Part shown: one piece after another, positions 50,401 through 64,000 of the stretch
Layout of the letters: every line of letters begins with the position of its first letter
Position numbering within the stretch: the stretch's first letter is position 1
Source of the DNA: Takakia lepidozioides
Taxonomy: Eukaryota; Plantae; Bryophyta
Direction of reading: 5' to 3'
NCBI GenBank assembly: GCA_030704615.1
Contig: CM060734.1
Location: forward strand, 17,484,001-17,548,000
Length of the DNA: 64,000 nucleotides
Notes under the pieces: generated by a model
Told to the model about the DNA's origin: nothing
The model's input: the letters and a program-made list of their open reading frames with translations, nothing else
Database searches by the model: none
Program-made: the position numbers and the translations under genes

Positions 50401-53400
50401 GGAGCAATGATATGACAAGCTGATGGCTTTAAAGAATTTATCTGGTAACATGCTACAATGTAGGGCAGACCTGTTTTCATGACCAGACAGTGTTCTTGAA
50501 TGTACAAGCATTGGAAACTTAGCCTCTTTTAGAAGCCGGTTACTCTAGGACACTTGATACCATGCCAAACTGATATGGATGGATCTTTTGTGGCCGCCAA
50601 ATCTGGTCCTTGGTTATATGCCCTTGAATGTTTACCTATTTTCCAAAACGGTAAGACATTGGTAGATGCGAAGAGAATGATTCAGGCATTGTATTCAAGT
50701 CGCTTTAGGATAAATAATACCAAAGTAACCTGCAGGCCTGATGGGATGAGCAATTCAGATTCTTTGTGTTTCCTATGGATGATTGCATGGCACGTAAATC
50801 TGATTACAGCCTGTTATGGTAATGATTTCCCTACCCCAGACATAGAACTTGGTCTTGGGGCATGGAATAAGAGGTGGGAATATTACTCTACCCTGTCATT
50901 GAAATTACACACCAGCCCCAGATCTAAAACAGATCAGGGGGCAAAAAACATGGTGTCAATAAGTGACTTGATGTGCAAAATAGGGCAGCTGATTACCCCC
51001 TGTTGTATAAGCTGCCAAATATCAGTCCGTAACCCTGCTTTGGTGATGTTCTTTATGTAAAGAAATGCTCTTATTTTGTTCTTAAGCCTTCTATGATCAT
51101 AAATGGCTTCTTTAAGACAAACAGACATTTCCAGCCATGAACAGTGATCAATGGATCTTTATTTGGACATGGATACTTACTGCTCAGTCACTTTGGTATG
51201 TCCCATGATACAAAGAACCCAAAACTATACTAGTTTTTGGGCCAACGATAAATTAGGATGGTTGGTTATGCCTTGGTATGTAAGCTGACCAAAAAATACA
51301 GACTGAATGACATGGCATGTCATGAATGGCACTTTTTAGCATGCTGAACAACGGTTTCCTGCTATGAACAGTGGTAATCGAGTCTCTAATTTTTCCCCAC
51401 CCAGAGACTTCGTTGACTTTGAAGTCTGGGATTTGTCATAAAGCTGACTTGTGAATGAAGAATGGTCGATAATGAGGCCGATTTGTCGTTCGTTTTACAA
51501 TGACCTTGTCAGGTCTTTGTCCATGTCTCGACGAGACATAAGTATCTTCCCTCTCTGATTTAGACCAGTGTACTTGTGGTTCTTGTACACATTATCAACC
51601 AATCTCCCTTCTGTTTTTTCAGTTTTATGTTTGATTTACTAACACCTTGGTCTGAGCATGACAAAAGGTTATCAAATATGTTCCTGATTGAAGTGATGAA
51701 CCCAAGGCAATGGGAAGGCCGAAGCCATGAGATATCAGCCTCCTCTCCCGCCATGACCACGGTGTGGAGCAAGCAAGTCCTTCATAAGGTAAGATCTTCT
51801 CCAGCAAAAATATGTTGGCTAATTGGGCATGGAGAGTAAGGCATCCTCGAAGGTACCTGAGATAAGCATAGAACATCTATAGGGCTTATGAATGCTGAAA
51901 TTTTGAGCTAGGCCTCGGTAAGACAGCTTGCTGGAGTAGACGTGTACACCTAATACATGATCCGGTCAATGCACATTACTCTTGTTTGCCGGTCCCCTGT
52001 AGCCGATGCCTTATGTCAGATTTAGATACCTTACGATAAGAATGAGTTCCATTTCTTTGGCTCAAATGTTTCTATGTTTTCTCCTGGTTATGGCTTTGCT
52101 CTTTATAGCACCATAAAAAAATACCCAATTATGATATGCTGCTGGTAGATGTTTTGTCTGAATATAACCAGGTGGTAAACCCCTGCCAGACTTCATTACC
52201 TAAGTCCCAATACCTGCCCCCTTTGGTTTTGTACACATGTTTTACCCAAAACAAGGGGTGGGTAAACACTAAAAGTTTGATATAAGATTTCCCGATTGTT
52301 ACTTTATGACAATCATTAGGGCGACTATCTCTTGTTCCCTATGGCATACTGATGTGACAATGGAGCAATGATATGACAAGCTGATGGCTTTAAAGAATTT
52401 ATCTGGTAACATGCTACAATGTAGGGCAGACCTGTTTTCATGACCAGACAGTGTTCTTGAATGTACAAGCATTGGAAACTTAGCCTCTTTTAGAAGCCGG
52501 TTACTCTAGGACACTTGATACCATGCCAAACTGATATGGATGGATCTTTTGTGGCCGCCAAATCTGGTCCTTGGTTATATGCCCTTGAATGTTTACCTAT
52601 TTTCCAAAACGGTAAGACATTGGTAGATGCGAAGAGAATGATTCAGGCATTGTATTCAAGTCGCTTTAGGATAAATAATACCAAAGTAACCTGCAGGCCT
52701 GATGGGATGAGCAATTCAGATTCTTTGTGTTTCCTATGGATGATTGCATGGCACGTAAATCTGATTACAGCCTGTTATGGTAATGATTTCCCTACCCCAG
52801 ACATAGAACTTGGTCTTGGGGCATGGAATAAGAGGTGGGAATATTACTCTACCCTGTCATTGAAATTACACACCAGCCCCAGATCTAAAACAGATCAGGG
52901 GGCAAAAAACATGGTGTCAATAAGTGACTTGATGTGCAAAATAGGGCAGCTGATTACCCCCTGTTGTATAAGCTGCCAAATATCAGTCCGTAACCCTGCT
53001 TTGGTGATGTTCTTTATGTAAAGAAATGCTCTTATTTTGTTCTTAAGCCTTCTATGATCATAAATGGCTTCTTTAAGACAAACAGACATTTCCAGCCATG
53101 AACAGTGATCAATGGATCTTTATTTGGACATGGATACTTACTGCTCAGTCACTTTGGTATGTCCCATGATACAAAGAACCCAAAACTATACTAGTTTTTG
53201 GGCCAACGATAAATTAGGATGGTTGGTTATGCCTTGGTATGTAAGCTGACCAAAAAATACAGACTGAATGACATGGCATGTCATGAATGGCACTTTTTAG
53301 CATGCTGAACAACGGTTTCCTGCTATGAACAGTGGTAATCGAGTCTCTAATTTTCCCCACCCAGAGACTTCGTTGACTTTGAAGTCTGGGATTTGTCATA

Positions 53401-56400
53401 AAGCTGACTTGTGAATGAAGAATGGTCGATAATGAGGCCGATTTGTCGTTCGTTTTACAATGACCTTGTCAGGTCTTTGTCCATGTCTCGACGAGACATA
53501 AGTATCTTCCCTCTCTGATTTAGACCAGTGTACTTGGTGGTTCTTGTACACATTATCAACCAATCTCCCTTCTGTTTTTTCAGTTTTATGTTTGATTTAC
53601 TAACACCTTGGTCTGAGCATGACAAAAGGTTATCAAATATGTTCCTGATTGAAGTGATGAACCCAAGGCAATGGGAAGGCCGAAGCCATGAGATATCAGC
53701 CTCCTCTCCCGCCATGACCACGGTGTGGAGCAAGCAAGTCCTTCATAAGGTAAGATCTTCTCCAGCAAAAATATGTTGGCTAATTGGGCATGGAGAGTAA
53801 GGCATCCTCGAAGGTACCTGAGATAAGCATAGAACATCTATAGGGCTTATGAATGCTGAAATTTTGAGCTAGGCCTCGGTAAGACAGCTTGCTGGAGTAG
53901 ACGTGTACACCTAATACATGATCCGGTCAATGCACATTACTCTTGTTTGCCGGTCCCCTGTAGCCGATGCCTTATGTCAGATTTAGATACCTTACGATAA
54001 GAATGAGTTCCATTTCTTTGGCTCAAATGTTTCTATGTTTTCTCCTGGTTATGGCTTTGCTCTTTATAGCACCATAAAAAAATACCCAATTATGATATGC
54101 TGCTGGTAGATGTTTTGTCTGAATATAACCAGGTGGTAAACCCCTGCCAGACTTCATTACCTAAGTCCCAATACCTGCCCCCTTTGGTTTTGTACACATG
54201 TTTTACCCAAAACAAGGGGTGGGTAAACACTAAAAGTTTGATATAAGATTTCCCGATTGTTACTTTATGACAATCATTAGGGCGACTATCTCTTGTTCCC
54301 TATGGCATACTGATGTGACAATGGAGCAATGATATGACAAGCTGATGGCTTTAAAGAATTTATCTGGTAACATGCTACAATGTAGGGCAGACCTGTTTTC
54401 ATGACCAGACAGTGTTCTTGAATGTACAAGCATTGGAAACTTAGCCTCTTTTAGAAGCCGGTTACTCTAGGACACTTGATACCATGCCAAACTGATATGG
54501 ATGGATCTTTTGTGGCCGCCAAATCTGGTCCTTGGTTATATGCCCTTGAATGTTTACCTATTTTCCAAAACGGTAAGACATTGGTAGATGCGAAGAGAAT
54601 GATTCAGGCATTGTATTCAAGTCGCTTTAGGATAAATAATACCAAAGTAACCTGCAGGCCTGATGGGATGAGCAATTCAGATTCTTTGTGTTTCCTATGG
54701 ATGATTGCATGGCACGTAAATCTGATTACAGCCTGTTATGGTAATGATTTCCCTACCCCAGACATAGAACTTGGTCTTGGGGCATGGAATAAGAGGTGGG
54801 AATATTACTCTACCCTGTCATTGAAATTACACACCAGCCCCAGATCTAAAACAGATCAGGGGGCAAAAAACATGGTGTCAATAAGTGACTTGATGTGCAA
54901 AATAGGGCAGCTGATTACCCCCTGTTGTATAAGCTGCCAAATATCAGTCCGTAACCCTGCTTTGGTGATGTTCTTTATGTAAAGAAATGCTCTTATTTTG
55001 TTCTTAAGCCTTCTATGATCATAAATGGCTTCTTTAAGACAAACAGACATTTCCAGCCATGAACAGTGATCAATGGATCTTTATTTGGACATGGATACTT
55101 ACTGCTCAGTCACTTTGGTATGTCCCATGATACAAAGAACCCAAAACTATACTAGTTTTTGGGCCAACGATAAATTAGGATGGTTGGTTATGCCTTGGTA
55201 TGTAAGCTGACCAAAAAATACAGACTGAATGACATGGCATGTCATGAATGGCACTTTTTAGCATGCTGAACAACGGTTTCCTGCTATGAACAGTGGTAAT
55301 CGAGTCTCTAATTTTCCCCACCCAGAGACTTCGTTGACTTTGAAGTCTGGGATTTGTCATAAAGCTGACTTGTGAATGAAGAATGGTCGATAATGAGGCC
55401 GATTTGTCGTTCGTTTTACAATGACCTTGTCAGGTCTTTGTCCATGTCTCGACGAGACATAAGTATCTTCCCTCTCTGATTTAGACCAGTGTACTTGGTG
55501 GTTCTTGTACACATTATCAACCAATCTCCCTTCTGTTTTTTCAGTTTTATGTTTGATTTACTAACACCTTGGTCTGAGCATGACAAAAGGTTATCAAATA
55601 TGTTCCTGATTGAAGTGATGAACCCAAGGCAATGGGAAGGCCGAAGCCATGAGATATCAGCCTCCTCTCCCGCCATGACCACGGTGTGGAGCAAGCAAGT
55701 CCTTCATAAGGTAAGATCTTCTCCAGCAAAAATATGTTGGCTAATTGGGCATGGAGAGTAAGGCATCCTCGAAGGTACCTGAGATAAGCATAGAACATCT
55801 ATAGGGCTTATGAATGCTGAAATTTTGAGCTAGGCCTCGGTAAGACAGCTTGCTGGAGTAGACGTGTACACCTAATACATGATCCGGTCAATGCACATTA
55901 CTCTTGTTTGCCGGTCCCCTGTAGCCGATGCCTTATGTCAGATTTAGATACCTTACGATAAGAATGAGTTCCATTTCTTTGGCTCAAATGTTTCTATGTT
56001 TTCTCCTGGTTATGGCTTTGCTCTTTATAGAACCATAAAAAAATACCCAATTATGATATGCTGCTGGTACATGTTTTGTCTGAATATAACCAGGTGGTAA
56101 ACCCCTGCCAGACTTCATTACCTAAGTCCCAATACCTGCCCCCTTTGGTTTTGTACACATGTTTTACCCAAAACAAGGGTGGGTAAACACTAAAAGTTTG
56201 ATATAAGATTTCCCGATTGTTACTTTATGACAATCATTAGGGCGACTATCTCTTGTTTCCCTATGGCATACTGATGTGACGATGGAGCAATGATATGACA
56301 AGCTGAAGCTGATGGCTTTAAAAGAATTTATCTGGTAACATGCTACAATGTAGGGCAGACCTGTTTTCATGACCAGACAGTGTTCTTGAATGTACAAGCA

Positions 56401-56588
56401 TTGGAAACTTAGCCTCTTTTAGAAGCCGGTTACTCTAGGACACTTGATACCATGCCAACCTTATATGGATGGATCTTTTTGTGGCCGCCAAATCTGGTCC
56501 TTGGTTATATGCCCTTGAATGTTTACCTATTTTCCAAAATGGTAATTGGTAGATGCGAAGAGAATGATTCAGGCATTGTATCAAGTCG
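47441..56588 (+). repeat. Tandem array of a ~1961-bp unit, about 4.7 copies
   Basis: Unit starts (agtggtaatcgagtctc) at 47441, 49411, 51370, 53331 and 55292. An identical 168-aa ORF occurs in copies 2-4. Confidence 0.95.
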
Positions 56589-56689
56589 TGTTCCTACTTG
56601 TTCCTACTGCTGTGTTTGCATGCAATCTTTCGTTCATGAAGCAGCGCCGCTCTTAAGGAGAAAAACGGAGGCAAGGAAGTTAATCCGAG

Positions 56690-57350
56690 AAGGAGCAGGG
56701 GGAGGGGGAGGAAACAAGTTGGGATCGATCGGGGTCGAGGAGCCCCGATGTACGAGTGAGTGGTCCGCATTGTAAGTTGCCTCCAGATTTCGTGAGCGGC
56801 ACCTCCCTTCGCCTCTCTTATTACCCTTTCTGCTTCTGCTGGTATTGACATTCTTGAAGTGGATTTGTTCTTACTGTAGGGATGCCAAGTACGGCAGAGG
56901 GGGACGTCTACACCGGAGTTCATGGGCAGGAGGAACGTGCCTTTTTTTGCCAAGGGGGATTTCGTGCCTAGTCCAGAAAGGGACTACATCCTTCCTACTT
57001 ATGCTGCCCGGCTGCTTCGGTGTCCATTAGGAGGTGTTCCGAACCTAGTCGTGTACAACAGATTTTAGACGAGGCAAGCCTCAAGAAAATGAAGATGAGG
57101 GAGGGAGGCAACAGCTATTAGAGCCCGTCGGGCTCGTAGATTTGTGTTGGATTCTGCTGAGGAAAGTGGGGGAGAAGAGGCAGAAGATTCCCAGGAGGTG
57201 AGGTGGAACAGTCCCCCAAGGAGAGGACGACATTTTTGAGAGGCATACTCCAACCGATGCATCACAGAGCTCGGAGGATGGGGGGGATGAGGGGGATGAG
57301 GAAGAAGGAGGGCCAAGTTCCTTGGAAGGTGTAGGAGAGTAGTTCCCATT
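56690..57350 (+). pseudogene. Second copy of the 3' exons of the amino-MTase-like gene
   Basis: Homologous to the reverse complement of ~33750-34340, including the tacga|gtgag...tag|G intron. Confidence 0.75.
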
Positions 57351-57498
57351 CTTTTAACCCACCTAGGACTCCTGCTGCACGGGAGTACAGTCGGGCTATG
57401 ATTATGCCCTTCAACCAAATTCCCATTGTGCTGGATTTGGCTTGGAAGGAATTTAGTCCTCCGCAGTCGTTGGCACAATACTACCAGATCATGCGCAT

Positions 57499-58379
57499 TT
57501 GGTTGCCAGTGGCAATCGGACGACCATTGAGGATCATCACTTTGCAAGGTACTGGTCTGAGGCAGGTACCATGCTGAAGGAATTAATTGCCTTCCAGGTT
57601 GTACATGGGTACATCTATACCAAGACCAAGGAGGTATCTAGTATTGTCATGGGCTGTGGATTATACTATGTTGCTTGTTTTATGGCACGTTATCACATTG
57701 AGCAGCAAAAGATGCAATCACGATTTCTGAGTTATTCCAGTGGGGATCATTGGGTCTTACCTTCAATGCCACCTCATATGTACCTATATGATGCGAAAGT
57801 TATGATGCAGAAGGATTCCCAACTTCGTTCATGGTTTAATTCGGCTTGGAACAATTTGGCAACACATAAATTCGGCCTTGAGGATATTTCTTTAAGGGAC
57901 ATGAAGCCTGGAAATACTTACACTGTTCCAAAGTCATTGGCACACCTCTCACCTATACGGCTAAGGAGTTCAGGGCATTCACTAATTTTGCTTGCAAGTG
58001 CTTACAGCAAGTCGTACAGTTTAAACTTCTAGACATGGTGGCCCTACATTGTATGCCACGCAGGATTCCGAGAAGCCACTTAAAGTCGGCCGTTAAAACA
58101 CTAAGGGGGGACAAGGATTCCGATACTACTGTTTCTTCAGAGGACTCTTTTGACATGGCAGAGGAATATGCACTTCAGATGGCAGAGAAGAAACAACAGG
58201 GATCTCCTATGCCCGAGAGGTTACCTTGTTATCAGCCAAAGGAGGGTCAGACATTTCCAGGGAGTGCTCAATCATCTCCATCAGCCAGTGACAGGACTCG
58301 GGCTCGCACACGGAGTCCTTCACGAGACTCTCACCGACAGAAGGGTAAAGGTTTGCTGATCCCAAACAGTAAACTGTGA
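57499..58379 (+). pseudogene. Unknown TE-associated ORF (two segments split by one stop)
   Basis: 177-aa and 114-aa ORFs directly downstream of the MTase 3' exon copy. No motif recognised. Confidence 0.35.
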
Positions 58380-58539
58380 GGACACGGCTTTTTGAGAGGA
58401 GGGGGGAGGTATGTTAGAGGGCTGCCTTGGGACTTAGACGTTTTTACGGGTTCTGTGGGGTACCCTTAATTTTTGCGTAGACTGAGACAACAGGAGCCTT
58501 TAGGGGTGGTAGGAGCAGGCTTTAGGGAGGTTAGACAGC

Positions 58540-58780
58540 TCGTCACAGTCTATCACAGCTAGACACAACTTTACACAGCCCGACACAGCTTCGCACAGCC
58601 AGTCACAGCCCGACACAGTTTTACACAGCCCGACACAGCTTCACACAGCCAGTCACAGCCCGACACAGCTTACAACAACCCGTCACAGTCTATTACAGCC
58701 AGACACAGCCCGACACAGCCAGACACAGCTTTACACAGCCAGTCACAGCTCGGCACGGCTTGACACAGCCTGTCACAATA
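58540..58780. repeat. 10-bp (nnnCACAGCn) minisatellite
   Basis: More than 20 units of the acacagc / tcacagc core. Confidence 0.85.
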
Positions 58781-59458
58781 CATGGGGAACATTATCAGAC
58801 AAGAGAACGAAACGTGTGTGGGACAACATCTGCAGAGGGAACGTGTTATTTCAGGGTGACGGTTAGTTAGTTAGGTGGTTAGAACAGCTTGCGGGTAGAT
58901 TAGGCAAGCGGCAACAGGAAGGGGATCACTTCTTGAGGAGGGCGACTTGTTCAGGAGAGGAGGAGACGTAACGGAGAGCAGAAACAGTGAAGAGGAGATG
59001 ATGACTTGATTGAGGCTTAATTCATGCAAGCTGTAAAATTATATAGTAGGGTAGATTAGGGAAACCATGGCATAGGCATGATACATTAATCTTAATCCAA
59101 TACTGAATCGATACAAACATACTGTGTAGATAGACATGAGAGAAGTTGTGGAATGAATGCATGATTAATTGGAACTTAGTAGATACTGAAGCAATCTGAT
59201 GCTTTAGTATACACGGTAAGGTAAATTGATAACATGTAGGCAAGAAGGAATACAAATAGGAAGCACAACCATGATTCACTAGCTGCAGGTCATGACTGAT
59301 TGTTCTGAGCCGGCCGAGTGCTTAGAGATATCCAACTCTTCTATCTTGGAGTTTCCACCTCGGATAGCGAAGGGATGGGTGAGTAGAAGCCGCTCGACAG
59401 TGTGCATTGACCGGATCATGTATAAGGTGTACACATACTCCTGTAAGATCAAGGATCA

Positions 59459-61128
59459 AGGAACCTCATTCAAGGAACCTTGTCAAGATACAGCAACAGC
59501 TCAGGTTTGTAGTACCATGCCTGTGATATAGACAAAACATCTTCTAGCAACAGATTAGAGTTGGGTATTTTCTTATGGTGCCACAAGGAGCAAAGCCATA
59601 TCTAAGAGAAGTATAGAAGCACTTGATCAAAGGACATGGCAGTCATTCAATCATAAGGTATCTGATTCTGATATAAGGCATCGGCTACATGAGACTAGCT
59701 AACAAAAGTAGTGTGCATTGACCGGATCATGTATAAGGTGTACACATACTCCCGTAAGCTGTCTTACCAGGGTTTAGCTCATAATATCGGCAATCAAAAG
59801 TCCTTTAGATGCTCTGTGCTTATTTCAGGTATCATCAAGGATGCCTTACTTTTCATACCCAATCAATCAACCATACTATTGCTGGAGAAGAACATACCTG
59901 GCCAAGGGAGATTCATACCCCAGGGCTTTCAGTTCATCATTCCAGTTTGGAATGTGTTTGTTGCCTATCTGCCAAGGCCCTTCCAAAAATATTGTTAGTA
60001 CATCAAAATGAGAAGGTGAAACAGGAAAGGAGAAGGGTAAATGGTGTGTACAAAAACCACTAGTACACTGATCAGATAAAGAGAGGGAAGATATACATGT
60101 CATGTCAGGACATGGACAAGACCACTGAGGTCATTGTCATTGAAAGACAATGCAGCCCTTTACAGGGCACCATCTAACAACCCCCTTTTTTTTAACCATC
60201 TCATTTGAATACCTCGTTACATTTCAGGGTATCTGAAAAAACAAGGCTGGGAGGGCGGGATTCCTGGTCATTCATATCATGAAAGCACCATGGGTTTGAT
60301 ATTCATCACCATACTTGTAGATTGTAATCTCATCTCAAAAATCCGGATTGCAGATAAATCCCAGAGCCAAGCATATAGTACTTAAAATTGAAATTGAAAC
60401 ATTAAGACATACACGTCTTAAGCATATTCCAGCCAACCCATACTGGTACATCTGGATCCGGTATTTCTATTGCAGGCCAGCGGAGACGCAAAGCAAGCAC
60501 AATATAGGGAGTATATTAAAGACCATATAGAGCTTACCAATTTTTTGTCCCAAGAGATCACTTGGGGTACTTTAGAAAACAGTTTGTAGTCTAAAAAGAG
60601 CCCAACAATGTGATGCTTGGTAGTCTATAAATAACCACAACGTCTGTTTTACAAGACATAAGACACAAGCAGGATTCATAAAATAAAAACAGGGCCGAGT
60701 CTTTTTAAGCAGATACAAGTCTGGAGTGGTATTCCAGGGTCTTAAGAACAGCTCTGCCAGGGTAGAAAGGTAATTCAAAAACCCCTGTTTGCAGTCCATC
60801 ATATGAAATCAAAGTGAAATGAAGGTCTTGCAAAATGTGTGTTGTCTAGTAAGGCACAACAGTCCGTCTTAATAACCAGCCAAGAGGTTTCATTGTAGAG
60901 CCGAATTTCAGTGCAGCCAAGGTACCGACCGCTACATTATACCCGCATTGAAACATGAAAAAAAACAGTAGATAAATCGGTAGATTTGTATTCCATGAGT
61001 TCTCGTGTCTGCCCTACCTCCTGCCATGTAGATATGGTTGCAAGAAACCACAAACAAGGTAAGGAGCAGAAGTAGATCCTCATTGGAGCCAAGTTGAAGC
61101 AGGTCTGCATCCGTATGCTGGCAGTTTT
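59459..61128 (-). repeat. Left copy of a ~1.67-kb inverted duplication, related to the 1961-bp unit and to 36527-37070
   Basis: Reverse complement of 62294-63979 with scattered substitutions. Shares tacatgatccggtcaatgcaca. Confidence 0.85.
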
Positions 61129-61793
61129 GAAGCGGCAAGAGGCTCAGCAGCACCCACATTTGCAAGAATAGGAACTGCAAGCTTCAGGAAATCAACACAA
61201 GTGAAGACCCTCAATGTGCCCGTCCAAAAACCACCACATAAAGATGTGTGTTAGTGAGGATGCATCAGGTGAGTGGCAGGGAGTGTTTTGTGGTATGCCC
61301 TGCGCCATGGCGTCCAACAGATCGTCTCCAACAGAACGCAATCAAAGTAGAAGTGTTCACAGATAGAGAATAGCTCATACAAAAAGAGAGCCGCACGTAA
61401 TATGTAGATAAATAGGGATAGAGTACTTCCCAACGAGGAGTAAAAGCGCCGCTGCAAATTAAAAAGAACCATGAGGGTCTGAGCAAAGCGATCATCGCTT
61501 TGTCACCTGCCAGAGAGGAATCTGCCTAACCGCAAATGCGCATCCCAAGAGCCAGCCATCACGAGCACCATGTAGCAGTAGGGGAGCAGATTTACACGGC
61601 GCATCATCAAGGATCCCTGAAGCACGAGTTCTGTGCTGTGAAATGTGTCAGCCCGCTTAGGGCACAGCTCCTCGATTTCTCATGCAAGGTGGACGAAAAG
61701 TCGCATTTTAGCACGAGATGCACTTTGTCAATGGATGACATCCAATAAAAAGGTATCTTTTAGGGTTAGGGTATAGGCTCAAGTTTAATAACT

Positions 61794-62293
61794 NNNNNNN
61801 NNNNNNNNNNNNNNNNNNNNNNNNNNNNNNNNNNNNNNNNNNNNNNNNNNNNNNNNNNNNNNNNNNNNNNNNNNNNNNNNNNNNNNNNNNNNNNNNNNNN
61901 NNNNNNNNNNNNNNNNNNNNNNNNNNNNNNNNNNNNNNNNNNNNNNNNNNNNNNNNNNNNNNNNNNNNNNNNNNNNNNNNNNNNNNNNNNNNNNNNNNNN
62001 NNNNNNNNNNNNNNNNNNNNNNNNNNNNNNNNNNNNNNNNNNNNNNNNNNNNNNNNNNNNNNNNNNNNNNNNNNNNNNNNNNNNNNNNNNNNNNNNNNNN
62101 NNNNNNNNNNNNNNNNNNNNNNNNNNNNNNNNNNNNNNNNNNNNNNNNNNNNNNNNNNNNNNNNNNNNNNNNNNNNNNNNNNNNNNNNNNNNNNNNNNNN
62201 NNNNNNNNNNNNNNNNNNNNNNNNNNNNNNNNNNNNNNNNNNNNNNNNNNNNNNNNNNNNNNNNNNNNNNNNNNNNNNNNNNNNNNNNNNNNN
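61794..62293. other. Assembly gap (500 N)
   Basis: Run of N. Confidence 1.
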
Positions 62294-63979
62294 AAAACTG
62301 CCAGCATACGGATGCAGACCTGCTTCAACTTGGCTCCCAATGAGGGATCTACTTCTGCTCCTTACTTGTTTGTGGTTTCTTGCAACCATATCTACATGGC
62401 AGGAGGTAGGGCAGACACCGAGAACTCATGGAATACAAATCTACCGATTTATCTACTGTTTTTTTCATGTTTCAATGCGGGTATAATGTAGCGGTCGGTA
62501 CCTTTGGGCTGCACTGAAATTCGGCTCTACAATGAAACCTCTTGGCTGGTTATTAAGACGGACTGTTGTGCCTTACTAGACAACACACATTCTGCAAGAC
62601 CTTCATTTCACTTTGATTTCATATGATGGACTGCAAACAGGGGTTTTTGAATTACCTTTCTACCCTGGCGGAGCTGTTCTTAAGACCCTGGAATACCACT
62701 CCAGACTTGTATCTGCTTAAAAAGACTCGGCCCTGTTTTTATTTTATGAATCCTGCTTGTGTCTTATGTCTTGTAAAACAGACATTGTGGTTATTTATAG
62801 ACTACCGAGCATCACATTGTTGGGCTCTTTTTAGACTACAAACTGTTTTCTAAAGTATCCCAAGTGATCTCTTGGGACAAAAAATTGGTAAGCTCTATAT
62901 GGTCTCTTAATATACTCCCTATATTGTGCTTGCTTTGCGTCTCCGCTGGCCTGCAATAGAAATACCGGATCCAGATGTACCAGTATGGGTTGGCTGGAAT
63001 ATGCTTAAGACATGTATGTCTTAATGTTTCAATTTCAATTTTAAGTGCTATATGCTTGGTTCTGGAGATTTATGTCCAGACCTGCAATCTGGGTTTTTGA
63101 AATGAGATTACAATCTACAAGTATGGTGATGAATATCAAACCCATGGTGCTTTCATGATATGAATGACCATGAATCCCGCCCTCCCAGCCTGTTTTTTTC
63201 AGATACCCTGAAATGTAACGAGGTATTCAAATGAGATGGTTAAAAAAAAAGGGGTTGTTAGATGGTGCCCTGTAAAGGGCTGCATTGTCTTTCAATGACA
63301 ATGACCTCAGTGGTCTTGTCCATGTCCTGACATGACATGTATATCTTCCCTCTCTTTATCTGATCAGTGTACTTAGTGGTTTTTGTACACACCATCTACC
63401 CTTCTCCTTTCCCGTTTCACCTTCTCATTTTGATGTACTAACAATATTTTTTGAAGGGCCTTGGCAGATAGGCAACAAACACATTCCAAACTGGAATGAT
63501 GAACTGAAAAGCCCTGGGGTATGAATCTCCCTTGGCCAGGTATGTTCTTCTCCAGCAATAGTATGGTTGATTGATTGGGTATGAAAAGTAAGGCATCCTT
63601 GATGATACCTGAAATAAGCACAGAGCATCTAAAAGGACTTCTGAATGCCGATATTATGAGCTAAGCCATGGTAAGACAGCTTACGGGAGTATGTGTACAC
63701 CTTATACATGATCCGGTCAATGCACACTACTTTTGTTAGCTAGTCTCATGTAGCCGATGCCTTATATCAGAATCAGATACCTTATGATTGAGTGACTACC
63801 ATGTCCTTTGATCAAGTGCTTCTATACTTCTCTTAGATATGGCTTTGCTCCTTGTGGCACCATGAGAAAATACCCAACTCTAATCTGTTGCTAGAGATAT
63901 TTTGTCTATATCACAGGCATGGTACTACAGACCTGAGCTGCTGCTGTATCTTGACAAGGTTCCTTGAACGAGGTTCCTC
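62294..63979 (+). repeat. Right copy of the inverted duplication
   Basis: See 59459-61128. Confidence 0.85.
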
Positions 63980-64000
63980 CCCTAGCCTGTTCTTCCCTGT

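Noticed and set aside
50554-51060. 168-aa ORF repeated in the array as a gene
   Set aside because: Identity only reflects tandem duplication. It has a TTG start, no recognisable motif, and is broken in copies 1 and 5.
61708-62389. ORFs of 207 and 210 aa
   Set aside because: Artefacts of the N gap.

Overview
Eukaryotic, repeat-saturated DNA. It is most likely heterochromatin of a non-seed land plant such as a bryophyte or lycophyte; this is inferred from GT-AG introns and the TE families present. No intact host gene, rRNA, tRNA or CRISPR array is recognisable. Contents: (1) a spliced Mutator-like (MULE) transposase with a GCM/WRKY-type Zn domain, a DDE core and a SWIM finger, preceded in frame by a ParB/Srx-like exon; (2) three copies (A, B, C) of a Ty3/gypsy family, with a DNMT3-like C5 cytosine methyltransferase between protease and RT (seen in A and B; C is cut off before it) and a PHD finger after integrase (seen in B). 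The complete copy B (17814-29565, minus strand, 4-bp TSD TCCG) is nested in copy C. It has split direct repeats (A1...PPT-B1-gc-A2-B2) instead of ordinary LTRs and a Tf1-like self-priming PBS. This geometry is what a two-LTR circle would give if opened at an internal CA^GC^TG palindrome, and it is the best candidate for an undescribed mechanism; (3) intron-containing beta-class amino (N4C/N6A) methyltransferase-like pseudogenes in CACTA- and MULE-end contexts; (4) a Penelope-like RT and related sequence forming an ~810-bp inverted repeat, a ~1.96-kb tandem array and an inverted duplication around a 500-N gap; (5) satellites built from GAAAT-n-CGGCGCCG-n-ATTTC palindromes and a head-to-head pair of unknown ~190-aa genes. 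Most ORFs carry frameshifts or stops, and some of these may be homopolymer sequencing errors. Family assignments come from motif recognition by eye, not database searches.
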